Below are positions 1-10,012 of a DNA stretch of 64,000 nucleotides, piece after piece. A program made the position numbers and the translations under genes. The stretch covers positions 661,681 to 725,680 of the forward strand of contig OY729416.1 in NCBI GenBank assembly GCA_963422265.1, given 5' to 3'. Under the pieces are notes generated by a model. The model worked only from the letters and a program-made list of their open reading frames with translations, was not told where the DNA came from and made no database searches. The stretch is from Thermodesulfobacteriota bacterium (lineage in GTDB: Bacteria > Desulfobacterota_D > UBA1144 > Nemesobacterales > UBA2774). Within the stretch, counting starts at the first letter, position 1; each line of letters opens with the position of its first letter.

Positions 1-101
1 CACATTGAGTGGAAAAAATGAATCGTGCAATCGTCTAAATAATCTGGTAACCTACTAGAGTAGTGAAAGACAGAATCAATTATTAACCTTGGTTAAGATA
101 T

Positions 102-207
<106 letters not shown>

Positions 208-220
208 CTTTAGGTGATGC

Positions 221-1879
221 ATGTCCTACCTTGTCCTCGCCAGAAAATGGAGGCCCCAGTCATTTGATGAAATTATAGGTCAAGATTATATAACAAAGAC
301 CCTTAAAAACGCTATATCCACTGGAAAAACAGCCCATGCGTTTATCTTTTCCGGACCAAGAGGGGTAGGAAAAACTTCCGCGGCGAGAATTGTAGCCAAG
401 GCGCTTAATTGCCAAAACGGACCCACACCCGATCCTTGCACCCAGTGTGATAATTGCAGAGAAATTGCCGAAGGCAAATCGCTTGACGTAATAGAGATTG
501 ACGCTGCTTCTCATACTGGAGTAAATGACGTCAGAGAAATTATTGATAATATCAAGTACCTACCCACTTCAGCTAAAAACAAGGTGTATATTATTGATGA
601 AGTACATATGCTCTCTCAGTCTGCTTTTAACGCCCTATTAAAAACCTTAGAGGAACCCCCTCCTCACGTACTTTTCATTTTAGCAACTACCGAGGTGCAT
701 AAGATTCCGATAACCATACTCTCTCGCTGTCAAAGATACGGCTTCAAAAAAGTCTCCGTTGAAAATATGAAAGATACCCTTTTTTCAATTGCCTTAAAAG
801 AAAAGATTAAAATTACGGAGGAAACGTTATACATAGTCTCACAGGAAGCTGACGGAAGCATGAGAGACGCTCTTAGCTTGCTAGACCAGCTAATTGCAAC
901 CTTTGGGGGAAACGTTAGGCATGAAGACGCTGTAAAATCCCTCGGAATTCTTGACAGATCGTTAATCAAATTGGCGGTCCAGGGAATAATAGATAACGAC
1001 CCCAAGAGTTGCATTGAGATCTTGCATCAGGCAATTGAAAAAGGAATAAGCCCCGGACGCTTTGCTGAGGATATGCTTAAATCATTAAGACATGCTTTAA
1101 TACTCAAGACCAGCGGTGGGCAAGCCGTGAGCGATTTATCTAAAGAAGATAAAGTGGAAATGGAAAAAATAACGTCTGGAGAAAGCATTGAAACCCTTGA
1201 GATGATTTTCAAGCTTATGCTTGAAGAAGCAGAAAACATACAGAGATCATTCTACCCGCAAATGGCTCTTGAACTAGCCCTAATCAAGCTTTCAACTATT
1301 GAGAGGATAGTACCCGTAGAAAGTATCATAGAGAAAATCGAGAACCTCTCAAAATCGCTTAAGACGACTACACCTATACCTTCCAGATTTGATGAACCTC
1401 ATGAAAGTTACTCTTCCGTTAAACAAGGTAAACACATCACCGATGAAACTACCCACGAGATGGTGGGGACAGCCAATAGGCAAGTTGAAAACAGCCCCAA
1501 CGCAGGTGCTAACTATAGAGTTAAAGACTTTATTAAATTTGTTAAGACGAAAAAGCTCGTATTGGGCGCTAGGCTTGAGCAAGCGAATGAAATCATCTTA
1601 GAGGATTCTACATTCAGAATCGTTTGCGCTAGCGAATCTCCAGAGTTGAACTATTTAAGACAAAACAGTTCTAAGAAAGTGCTTGAAACATATCTTGAGC
1701 GATTTTTCTCAGAAGACTTTAAGATCCACGTTGAAGGGGTTAATTTACAGAAAAGTGATCAGGGGAGTAATAAGAAAGGCACAGAAAAAAGAATAAAGGA
1801 GCACCCTACCGTTAAAGACGCTATTGAAGTGTTCAGCGGCAGGATAGTCAGTGTAAAACTAAAGAACAGGAGTGAATAA
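221..1879 (+). CDS. dnaX: DNA polymerase III subunit tau/gamma
   Basis: 552 aa. Walker A GPRGVGKTS, clamp-loader sensor motifs, zinc module CTQCDNC. Conserved position ahead of ybaB-recR. Confidence 0.95.
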   Translation: MSYLVLARKWRPQSFDEIIGQDYITKTLKNAISTGKTAHAFIFSGPRGVGKTSAARIVAKALNCQNGPTPDPCTQCDNCREIAEGKSLDVIEIDAASHTGVNDVREIIDNIKYLPTSAKNKVYIIDEVHMLSQSAFNALLKTLEEPPPHVLFILATTEVHKIPITILSRCQRYGFKKVSVENMKDTLFSIALKEKIKITEETLYIVSQEADGSMRDALSLLDQLIATFGGNVRHEDAVKSLGILDRSLIKLAVQGIIDNDPKSCIEILHQAIEKGISPGRFAEDMLKSLRHALILKTSGGQAVSDLSKEDKVEMEKITSGESIETLEMIFKLMLEEAENIQRSFYPQMALELALIKLSTIERIVPVESIIEKIENLSKSLKTTTPIPSRFDEPHESYSSVKQGKHITDETTHEMVGTANRQVENSPNAGANYRVKDFIKFVKTKKLVLGARLEQANEIILEDSTFRIVCASESPELNYLRQNSSKKVLETYLERFFSEDFKIHVEGVNLQKSDQGSNKKGTEKRIKEHPTVKDAIEVFSGRIVSVKLKNRSE

Positions 1880-1880
1880 T

Positions 1881-2207
1881 ATGAAATTCGGCGGCGGCAA
1901 TATAAAGAACTTGCTTAAGCAAGCTAGTAAAATGAAAGAGCAGATGGAGAAATTGCAGGCTGAGGCCGGTGAGAAAATCGTTGAAGCCTCATCGGGCGGT
2001 GGTATGGTAACAGTTGTAGCTAGAGCAAAGGGAGAAGTCGTTTCTATTAAAATAGAACCTGAAATTATTAGCGATGAAGATATAGATATGCTTCAAGACC
2101 TAATTACAGCCGCCGTCAATGAAGCGCTTAAAAGGGGGCAACAGTTGATGCAGGAAGAAGTTTCTAAAATTGCAGGGAACCTAGGTCTTCCTCCTGGACT
2201 TTTATAA
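1881..2207 (+). CDS. ybaB: Nucleoid-associated protein YbaB/EbfC
   Basis: About 108 aa coiled-coil YbaB-like sequence. The ORF track begins at GTG 1872, but ATG 1881 preceded by aggagtga is the more plausible start. Confidence 0.85.
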   Translation: MKFGGGNIKNLLKQASKMKEQMEKLQAEAGEKIVEASSGGGMVTVVARAKGEVVSIKIEPEIISDEDIDMLQDLITAAVNEALKRGQQLMQEEVSKIAGNLGLPPGLL

Positions 2208-2209
2208 AA

Positions 2210-2839
2210 ATGAACAGAACCGTACTACCTAAGCCTATATCAAAACTGATAAATGAACTATCAAAACTTCCGGGGATTGGCGAGAAGAACGCAACAAGAC
2301 TTGCATTTCACATTTTCAGATCGCCTGCGAAGAATGCCGAAAATCTTGCAAAAGCTATAATAGACGCTAAAACTAAAGTAGTTTTGTGCAATAATTGTTT
2401 TAACTTCGCTTCAGAGTCACCTTGCGACATTTGCGAAAGCAAGGAGAGGGATCAATTTTCAATATGCGTCGTAGAGGAACCGCTCGACCTGTTGGCAATT
2501 GAAAAGAGCAGGGAGTTTAATGGGAAATACCATATTCTTCACGGCGTAATCTCGCCTATTGAGGGGATTGGTCCCGATGATCTGAGAATAAAAGAGCTTG
2601 TAGCCAGACTTAGGTTAAAAGAGTCTGCATCAGGTAGGAGACATAGCATAAAAGAAGTAATAGTAGCTACTAACCCTAGTGTTGAAGGTGAAGCCACAGC
2701 CCTGTATCTGGCAAAGCTTATTAAACCCCTAGACATTGAAGTAAGCCGCATAGCTCATGGGGTACCCATGGGGGGCTATATAGAATACATAGATGAAATA
2801 ACTATAGGCAAAGCCATAAAAAATAGAAAGCATATATAA
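2210..2839 (+). CDS. recR: Recombination protein RecR
   Basis: HhH at N-terminus, C4 zinc finger CNNC...CDIC, Toprim domain, 209 aa. Confidence 0.95.
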   Translation: MNRTVLPKPISKLINELSKLPGIGEKNATRLAFHIFRSPAKNAENLAKAIIDAKTKVVLCNNCFNFASESPCDICESKERDQFSICVVEEPLDLLAIEKSREFNGKYHILHGVISPIEGIGPDDLRIKELVARLRLKESASGRRHSIKEVIVATNPSVEGEATALYLAKLIKPLDIEVSRIAHGVPMGGYIEYIDEITIGKAIKNRKHI

Positions 2840-2860
2840 AACGCATCAAAGGAGGATCAC

Positions 2861-3307
2861 ATGCCGAGAATAGGAAGAGCATTTAACGAGCTTGCAGTTG
2901 GAGATAAAATATCTCAAAGGATGACAATCACTGAAGCTCACGTCGTAAAATCAGCAGGTTTATTTAATGACTATAACGCCCTTCATACGAGCGAGCGTGA
3001 TATGAAGAACTCAAGATTCGGTAAGAGAATAGTTCATGGAGCACTCACTTTCAGTCTCATGGTAGGAGTTTATAGTAAGGAGTTTCACGACACCGATATT
3101 TCAACGGTCGAGGCTTCAATAAAATTCACAGCGCCAGTCTATATCAACGATACAGTTACTATGGAGTGGACCGTCACTGAGCTAGATACAAAATCGAAGC
3201 TAAATGGAGGACTAGTTACACTTTCTGGCGAAGTAAGAGATACAGAAGATACCGTGCAGGCGACACTTGGAGCAAAAATTCTTGTCGGAAATGAAACTAT
3301 TTTCTAG
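2861..3307 (+). CDS. MaoC-like (R)-specific enoyl-CoA hydratase, hot-dog fold
   Basis: 148 aa with hot-dog/MaoC dehydratase signature (HGALTFSLM...). RBS aaggagga upstream. Confidence 0.75.
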   Translation: MPRIGRAFNELAVGDKISQRMTITEAHVVKSAGLFNDYNALHTSERDMKNSRFGKRIVHGALTFSLMVGVYSKEFHDTDISTVEASIKFTAPVYINDTVTMEWTVTELDTKSKLNGGLVTLSGEVRDTEDTVQATLGAKILVGNETIF

Positions 3308-3319
3308 CATTTATATATT

Positions 3320-4687
3320 ATGGAAAACGCGTTAGAGCATGAGCAATCAATCAGAAAACCACTTGTAGCAATTGTTGGAAGACCTAATGTCGGCAAATCA
3401 ACCTTGTTTAATAGGCTTATCGGTGAACGTAAGTCTATAGTCGAAGATGTGCCGGGCGTTACCCGCGACAGAATATACGCCGACACGGAATGGGACGGCA
3501 TAGGGTTCAGCCTGATAGATACCGGAGGATTTAATCCTGAGGATGAAGAGCTATACCCGTCGTTAATAAAAGAGCAGATTCAATCTGCCATTGAAGAGTC
3601 CGATCTTATTTTATTTGTGCTTGACGGAAAGGAAGGAGCCATGCCCCATGACCTTGACGTCACTCGGTTACTTAGGAAAATGAGAAAACAGGTCATATAC
3701 ATAGTAAACAAAATTGACCACAAGAAGCACGAAATTGCCGGACTTGAATTTCATTCTTTGGGAATCAACAAATACATACACGTCTCAGCCCTTCAGGGAA
3801 GGAATATAAATACTCTCTTAGACAACGTTATAAGCTTTATTAAGATGTTAGATATAAAAGTTGAAGTTGATGCTGAAGAAAACGAAGATACTATTAGAAT
3901 TGCCGTGCTTGGTAAGCCAAACGTTGGAAAATCCACGCTAATCAACAGGTTTCTTGGCGAAGACAGATTGATAACAAGCCCCCTTCCCGGAACCACTAGG
4001 GATACGATTGATATTCACTTCCGTAGAGACGGTAAAGAATATATTTTGATTGACACGGCAGGGGTAAGAAGAAAATCTAGAATTAACTTTCCTGTTGAAA
4101 GACACAGCGTGTTCAGAGCCATACGAGCTATAGAAAGAGCAGACGTTGTTTTATTGATGATAGAGGCTGAAGCGGGACCTACGCATCAGGACTCCCGCCT
4201 CGCTAGGCTCGTAGCTGATAAAGGTAGGGCGTGCATCGTCCTGCTCAACAAGTGGGATCTCGCCCCAAGCAACGTAGTAGAAGAACCCAACGTAGTGGAA
4301 ATACTGAAGGATAATCTGACTGCAGTTGACTTTGCGCCGGTGCTAATAATCTCAGCCTTAACCGGCAGGGGAGTTCACAAAATATTTGATAAAGTAGATA
4401 ACGTTTTCAGGAACTTTTCTCAAAGAATTCCTACTAAAAAGCTAAATTATTTTCTTCAGAAAACTGCACGCACTAGCCCGCCCCCTATTTATAAAGGCAG
4501 GGAAATTAAATTTTATTACGTATCTCAATCCCTAACGAAACAGCCAACTTTTGTAATATTCACCAATAAAATTGAAGGCATACCAACAAATTATAAGAGA
4601 TTTTTGGAAAATCAGTTAAGACAGGAGTTTGATTTCGAGGGAACCTCGATCAAACTAATTTTTAAGTCTGCAAGAAAAAAAGACTAA
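3320..4687 (+). CDS. der: Ribosome-associated GTPase Der/EngA
   Basis: Two tandem GTPase domains with G1 motifs GRPNVGKS and GKPNVGKS, plus a KH-like C-terminal domain. 455 aa. Confidence 0.95.
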   Translation: MENALEHEQSIRKPLVAIVGRPNVGKSTLFNRLIGERKSIVEDVPGVTRDRIYADTEWDGIGFSLIDTGGFNPEDEELYPSLIKEQIQSAIEESDLILFVLDGKEGAMPHDLDVTRLLRKMRKQVIYIVNKIDHKKHEIAGLEFHSLGINKYIHVSALQGRNINTLLDNVISFIKMLDIKVEVDAEENEDTIRIAVLGKPNVGKSTLINRFLGEDRLITSPLPGTTRDTIDIHFRRDGKEYILIDTAGVRRKSRINFPVERHSVFRAIRAIERADVVLLMIEAEAGPTHQDSRLARLVADKGRACIVLLNKWDLAPSNVVEEPNVVEILKDNLTAVDFAPVLIISALTGRGVHKIFDKVDNVFRNFSQRIPTKKLNYFLQKTARTSPPPIYKGREIKFYYVSQSLTKQPTFVIFTNKIEGIPTNYKRFLENQLRQEFDFEGTSIKLIFKSARKKD

Positions 4688-5898
4688 GCATTTTGGGTAA
4701 CTCCCAATATGTTTTTTTGTATATCCATTGTTCTATCAAAAGCGGAAAATTTACTCTCTACCCTTTTCCTTCCAGCTTTTCCCATAGATTTACGCAGCTT
4801 AGGCTTGCTAATAAGCCTTACTATTGCCATTCCCATTTGATCGACGTTTCCTAACTCGTTGAGAACACCGGTTACGGTATCCTCTACTGATTCCACTATC
4901 CCACCGGCGTAGAAGCCGATGATCGGCAAAGAAAACGACATAGCCTCAATAACAGATCGTGGAAATGGGTCAGGATAACTAGATGGAATTACAAATATAT
5001 CAAAATCCTTAAGACACGGTCGGACGTCCTCCTTAAATCCCATGAAAATAAAGTTTTCTCTCAGACCGTATTCAGAAACAAGGGTTTTAAGATAGCTCAA
5101 ATGGTCATCCTGAAAGAAATAAGGCGTATCTCCCACTATAACAAATTTTACATTTTCAGCGGCGCTGCCTAGCTCGCTCACTACAACCTTCGCCGATTTG
5201 ATAAACAAGTCATATCCCTTTCTAGGAACTATTCTTCCTGTGCTTCCAACGATAATAGACTCTTCCCCTAGACTGAACTTCTCCCTAACCTCACCCTTTG
5301 TAGTCCTAGGATTATAATCTTGAACGTCTATACCGTTGTGTATGACCATGAGCTTTTTTTTCCCGTAACGGAACTGAGTAGCAGTAGGTCCAGAAACACA
5401 TATAATCTTCTTTACCACAGGCATAAGGGCGAGAAAATTTATGACAAACCCTAGAAACGCCGTCTGCTGAATGTTCCTTACATGCCATATCACGGGACGA
5501 CAATTAATAAAACCTATAAGAGCACCAACTATTTTGGCTTGCGTGCCATTGCAATAAATAAGTTTTATCTTGTTTCTTCGTATCAGGTATGGAGAGGTAA
5601 TAATCAGTGAAAGTACCGCAAATATATTTATAATTATTGAAAGAAGCGTAAATATCGCCGAGCGGTGCCTCGAAAATCGAGGTTTTTTTAGATTCTCGGG
5701 AAATCTACTGTCAATAATTATATTTTCGTAAAGCCCTTCGGCTTTTAGCCGCTCTGAAAAAACATCATCTTTAGGTATTAACACATAAGGCGTAAGCTTA
5801 GACCTGTCCAGGTACTTAAGTATGTAGAACAAACTCTGTCCAGGACCCCCATCCCTTACTGAATGATTAATAAACAGCACGTTCGGGGTGGATTCCAT
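4684..5898 (-). CDS. Glycosyltransferase, GT4 (GT-B fold) family
   Basis: 404 aa. C-terminal half has a GT1/GT4 nucleotide-sugar binding signature (PSSYPDPFPRSVIEAMSFSLPIIG...E). Overlaps the der stop by 4 nt, convergent. Confidence 0.75.
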   Translation of the reverse strand: MESTPNVLFINHSVRDGGPGQSLFYILKYLDRSKLTPYVLIPKDDVFSERLKAEGLYENIIIDSRFPENLKKPRFSRHRSAIFTLLSIIINIFAVLSLIITSPYLIRRNKIKLIYCNGTQAKIVGALIGFINCRPVIWHVRNIQQTAFLGFVINFLALMPVVKKIICVSGPTATQFRYGKKKLMVIHNGIDVQDYNPRTTKGEVREKFSLGEESIIVGSTGRIVPRKGYDLFIKSAKVVVSELGSAAENVKFVIVGDTPYFFQDDHLSYLKTLVSEYGLRENFIFMGFKEDVRPCLKDFDIFVIPSSYPDPFPRSVIEAMSFSLPIIGFYAGGIVESVEDTVTGVLNELGNVDQMGMAIVRLISKPKLRKSMGKAGRKRVESKFSAFDRTMDIQKNILGVTQNA

Positions 5899-6120
5899 AG
5901 CACTTTGGCAAAATATCTCTCTTTAATTAGAAAGACAAGTGAATATACTGGATTGCTATCTACAATTATATAGTCAGACACACATGTCTGAACTATAATC
6001 ACTCCCTCTCCCATCATTCCCAACGCGATTGGAAATCTAGCATCGTGGGGGAAGGGGATTGTAGAATGAGACCGCTTCTTTTTCACCACTCTAAACTAGT
6101 TAGTGGTTTCTTTATCCTTC

Positions 6121-6158
6121 TTTATCTAAAGACTCAACCTTTATCTAAAGACTCAACC
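6121..6158. repeat. 19-bp perfect tandem duplication (tttatctaaagactcaacc x2) at phaR 3' end
   Basis: Copy 1 is 6121-6139 and contains the phaR stop (TGA on minus). Copy 2 is 6140-6158 and encodes the last residues …VESLDKG. Confidence 0.85.
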
Positions 6159-6697
6159 TTTTTTTCGAGCTCTTTTATCTTTTGCATTATTAACTCAACC
6201 TCTTCTCGGGTCCTCACAGTCGGATTTCTATCTTCGCCACTAGGGAGCTCGGCGTCACCACCCGAGCTACTGAGATTATCAAAATTAGGAGGAGACATAT
6301 TCATGCCGGGCGGAAACCAACCCATCTCCTGCCACGTAAGCACGTTTTTCTTAAAGCTTTCTTGAGCCGAGAGATACGGCTGAGACATCATCAAGAAATA
6401 GTTCTCAAAAAAATCTTTTGCAACCCTGTTCCCATACTTAATAAGCATATGCAAAAAGGAAACAGGTAAAACATCTTGTTTGTTTTTTTCGCTTTCCAAG
6501 ATTACTTGTATTAGTATTACCTTAGAGATATCAGTGCCACTTTGCGAGTCAATAACCTTTACCTCGTTGCCCTCTCTAACCAACTCAGCTATATCATCTA
6601 GCGTGACATATTTTTTGTTTGTAGAGTCATACAGCCTACGGTTGCTATACTTTTTTATAGTAACCTGCCTGACGTCATCATTCCTTTCTCTTACCAT
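6134..6697 (-). CDS. phaR: Polyhydroxyalkanoate synthesis repressor PhaR
   Basis: N-terminal IKKYSNRRLYDS...YVTLDDIAELVREGNEVKVID matches the PhaR DNA-binding region. 187 aa. Confidence 0.8.
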   Translation of the reverse strand: MVRERNDDVRQVTIKKYSNRRLYDSTNKKYVTLDDIAELVREGNEVKVIDSQSGTDISKVILIQVILESEKNKQDVLPVSFLHMLIKYGNRVAKDFFENYFLMMSQPYLSAQESFKKNVLTWQEMGWFPPGMNMSPPNFDNLSSSGGDAELPSGEDRNPTVRTREEVELIMQKIKELEKKVESLDKG

Positions 6698-6807
6698 AAT
6701 CTGTTATTATCAAATAAAAATGTTACTTAGTCAAGAAAACGTTGTATTAAGCACTTGACAACTCAATTGAGCAGATGAAGCTTTTTCACTGGAACGGCAA
6801 AAGAGTC

Positions 6808-8541
6808 CTAAGATAACAACGCCTCTTGTACTGTTTCAGCTACGTTCTCAAGTTTAACGTTCTTGGAAGCACCCCCTTTACGCAGCTTTATCTCAGCCTC
6901 GCCGTTCTTAATTGTCCTTGGACCTATTGCAACGTGAACCGGCACTCCGATTAGATCGGCATCCTTTAACTTAAACCCGGGCCCAACGTCTCTGTCATCT
7001 ATTACCACCTCAAAACCAAGCTCTAAAAGCTCATTATAGATTTTTTCAGAAGCGGATAATATATCTTCATCTTTAATCTTTAGCGGTAACACGCTGACTT
7101 CAAAGGGGGCGATCGCCCTAGGTAAAATCATACCGCCCTCGTCATGGTTTTGCTCTATAGCCGCTGCTACCGTACGCCCTATTCCAATACCATAGCAACC
7201 CATAATAAAAGGCTTCTCATTACCGCTTGAGTCCACAAAAGTAGCGTTCATAGCCTCGCTGTATTTAGTCCCCAGCATAAATACGTGACCGACCTCTATT
7301 CCCCTTGTTGAAGTCAACGTTCCGTTTTTACAATTGGGGCACGGATCATACTCTGAGGACACCCTTATATCAGCAAATTGATTAACTGTGTAGTCTCTAT
7401 CGTGATTGACATTGATAACGTGATAATCCACTCTATTAGCCCCCGTAACGGAGTTACGCATATCTTGAACCGCTTGATCGGCAACCAAATGAATTTTAAG
7501 CCCAACGGGTCCGCTAAAGCCCATATCCCCACCCGTCACTTTGCGAATTGTCTCAGGGCTTGCCAGTTCTACAAGCTCTGCACCTAGGGCTTTCCTCAAT
7601 TTAGTAAGACTTAATTCGTGATCGCCTCTTAGTAACGCCGCAATAGGCCGTCCGTCAATCTCAACTATCATAGTCTTTATTAAATTAGAGGATACTACAT
7701 TTAGAAATTCAGCTACTTCCTCAACTGTTTTCAGGTTAGGAGTATGAATCTCTGACAAGGAACGCAGTCCTTGTTTTGCACTTTCTGAAACGCAAGTTGG
7801 CTTCCCTATCTCCGCAAGCTCCAGATTCGCCGCATAGTTACATTTATCGCAACTCATTATCACATCCTCACCAGTCGGAGCAAGTACCATAAACTCATGT
7901 GAGAAATTACCACCTATATTGCCCGTATCAGCAAGAACCGCCCTAAATTCAAGCCCGCAACGCTCGAATACACGGCTATACGCCTCATACATAGACCAGT
8001 AAGATTTCTCCGCTTCTTCAACTCCGGCACCAAAGCTATAGGCGTCCTTCATAATGAATTCGCGCGCTCGCATTACGCCAAACCTGGGGCGTATTTCATC
8101 CCTGAACTTAGTCTGAATCTGATACAAAGTGATCGGGAGCTGCTTATACGAGCGTATATCCCGCCTGACTACGTCAGTTATAATTTCTTCGTGAGTTGGC
8201 CCTATGCAGAACTCTCGTTCCGCCCGATCATTAAACCTGAGAAGCTCTCTGCCATAATAATCCCACCTTCCGCTCTCTTTCCATAGCTCGGCAGGTGAAA
8301 CCGCTGGCATAAGAAGCTCAATAGCGCCCGCCCTATTCATTTCTTCACGGACCATATTCTCTACCTTCTTGATTGAACGGAGTCCCAAGGGAAGATAATT
8401 ATAGATTCCGGCAGCCAGCTTTCTTATCATCCCTGCCCTTATCATAAGCTTATGGCTTACAATCTCGGCATCAGCAGGATCCTCTTTAAGGGTTGGCACA
8501 AAATACGAAGAATATCTCACATTGGTGATATAATTTACCAA
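6808..8541 (-). CDS. proS: Proline--tRNA ligase
   Basis: 577 aa class II aaRS with bacterial-type ProRS editing insertion and anticodon-binding domain. Confidence 0.95.
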   Translation of the reverse strand: MVNYITNVRYSSYFVPTLKEDPADAEIVSHKLMIRAGMIRKLAAGIYNYLPLGLRSIKKVENMVREEMNRAGAIELLMPAVSPAELWKESGRWDYYGRELLRFNDRAEREFCIGPTHEEIITDVVRRDIRSYKQLPITLYQIQTKFRDEIRPRFGVMRAREFIMKDAYSFGAGVEEAEKSYWSMYEAYSRVFERCGLEFRAVLADTGNIGGNFSHEFMVLAPTGEDVIMSCDKCNYAANLELAEIGKPTCVSESAKQGLRSLSEIHTPNLKTVEEVAEFLNVVSSNLIKTMIVEIDGRPIAALLRGDHELSLTKLRKALGAELVELASPETIRKVTGGDMGFSGPVGLKIHLVADQAVQDMRNSVTGANRVDYHVINVNHDRDYTVNQFADIRVSSEYDPCPNCKNGTLTSTRGIEVGHVFMLGTKYSEAMNATFVDSSGNEKPFIMGCYGIGIGRTVAAAIEQNHDEGGMILPRAIAPFEVSVLPLKIKDEDILSASEKIYNELLELGFEVVIDDRDVGPGFKLKDADLIGVPVHVAIGPRTIKNGEAEIKLRKGGASKNVKLENVAETVQEALLS

Positions 8542-8914
8542 GTATTTGGGTTAAAGACAACACGGAGGAGAGCACGAAACGGTGATGAGGATAGAAGTAC
8601 CCGTGTCTCTGCTCAGCCCATTATTCAGTGTGATGGTTCTTCAGGGTAAACAAGTTCAAAATGACGCAGATAGAAAATCCATAATAATCCTATTTAGCTA
8701 CCCTACCTTTCAAGCCTATCTACAATCATCTGTATAATATACCTTCAACAACTTGTTTATAATATAACTTAGTCCTCACAAACATTGACTTTAAGTTATG
8801 AGTGGTTACCTTGCCAAGTTAAACTACATTGAAGCAACCCTTAAATGCATTACCCACAATATAAATTAACTTACAATGGTTCGGTAAGTTCACCGGACAT
8901 GAAGGGAGATATTG

Positions 8915-9559
8915 ATGGATTTTTTCTCAGGCGTTTTTGATATAGTAAGAAAATCTGGCACTTTTGGATATCCGATCATCCTTTGCTCTATCTTTGGGCT
9001 AGCCATATTTTTACAAAAAATGTGGATGTTAAGGATTAATAAGATTGTCCCTTATGACTTTCTGGAACATCTTTATGGCTTTCTAAGGCAGGGCAAATTT
9101 GGCGGCGCTGAGGCTTATACAAGGCAATCCAATGCCTCATCAATTTCAAGAATAGCGATCGCGGCTTTTGAAAATTCTAATAAATCCAGAGGCGAGCTGA
9201 GAGTGGATATAGAGGAAGCGGGAGAGAAAGAAGCTCTCGAGCTGACGAGACACATATCATGGCTAGGGGCGATTAGCAACGTCTCTACCCTTCTCGGGCT
9301 ATTGGGAACTATATCTGGTATGATCAAAATATTCGGCGTGATTGCCGACTCTCCAGTAGTCAATCCACCTGAGCTTGCGGGAGGAATATCCGAGGCGTTA
9401 TACACAACAGCATTCGGGTTGTTTGTAGCCATACCCGCGTTTATTGCCTACAGATACATATCCAGCAAAGCGGACGAGCTAATTTTCCTCATGGAAGAGG
9501 AAGGTAGAAGAATAATGGAATACGTCATGGTAACACAAGAAAAAAGTGATGTAGTATAA
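8915..9559 (+). CDS. exbB: MotA/TolQ/ExbB proton-channel protein
   Basis: Three TM segments with conserved C-terminal TTAFGL...AIPA motif of the TolQ/ExbB family. ATG 8915 has RBS gaagggag upstream; the track's TTG 8912 is less likely. Confidence 0.8.
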   Translation: MDFFSGVFDIVRKSGTFGYPIILCSIFGLAIFLQKMWMLRINKIVPYDFLEHLYGFLRQGKFGGAEAYTRQSNASSISRIAIAAFENSNKSRGELRVDIEEAGEKEALELTRHISWLGAISNVSTLLGLLGTISGMIKIFGVIADSPVVNPPELAGGISEALYTTAFGLFVAIPAFIAYRYISSKADELIFLMEEEGRRIMEYVMVTQEKSDVV

Positions 9560-9574
9560 GCAAGGAAAACTATA

Positions 9575-10012
9575 ATGAAATTCAGACCGCAAAGTAGGCG
9601 AATAGCGTCAGCCGGCGGAGGACTTGACGTTACCCCCATAGTAGATGTTGTGTTTAACCTTCTTATATTCTTTGCAGTAACGCTAAATTTCGCGGTTAAT
9701 GCAGGGCTTGATATAAAACTGCCCTCTGCCGCGTCCGCCAAACCCGTTGAAACCAAAGAAATAACAATTAATCTCACAAAAGATGGAAACATCTTCTATA
9801 ACGATACGAAGATAGAAGTCGAAAGTCTTGCTCCAAAGCTAAGAGCAATAGAAAACAAGAAATCGGTGGTGGTAATTCGGGCTGATGGTCTCGTCCCTCA
9901 CGGTAAGGTTGTGAAAGTGATAGATATCGCCAAGTCAGAAGGATTATCTCGTCTGGCGATTGCGACTGACACTTCTACAAACGTTAAAAAAGAGAAGACA
10001 AAAAGAAACTAA
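9575..10012 (+). CDS. exbD: Biopolymer transport protein ExbD/TolR
   Basis: 145 aa with a single N-terminal TM and an ExbD/TolR periplasmic domain. Immediately downstream of exbB. Confidence 0.8.
   Translation: MKFRPQSRRIASAGGGLDVTPIVDVVFNLLIFFAVTLNFAVNAGLDIKLPSAASAKPVETKEITINLTKDGNIFYNDTKIEVESLAPKLRAIENKKSVVVIRADGLVPHGKVVKVIDIAKSEGLSRLAIATDTSTNVKKEKTKRN

Noticed and set aside
1781-1793. A-run (gaaaaaaga) in dnaX, considered as a tau/gamma programmed frameshift site
   Set aside because: In frame it reads GAA AAA AGA, not the X XXY YYZ heptamer A AAA AAG. It also lies only about 30 codons from the C-terminus, far from where gamma termination normally occurs.
6045-6365. 106-aa ORF overlapping the phaR 3' end on the opposite strand
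   Set aside because: Shadow ORF of phaR with no independent support.
8452-8649. 65-aa ORF at the proS 5' end / exbB upstream region
   Set aside because: It overlaps the proS start on the opposite strand and lacks an RBS. Probably non-coding promoter region.
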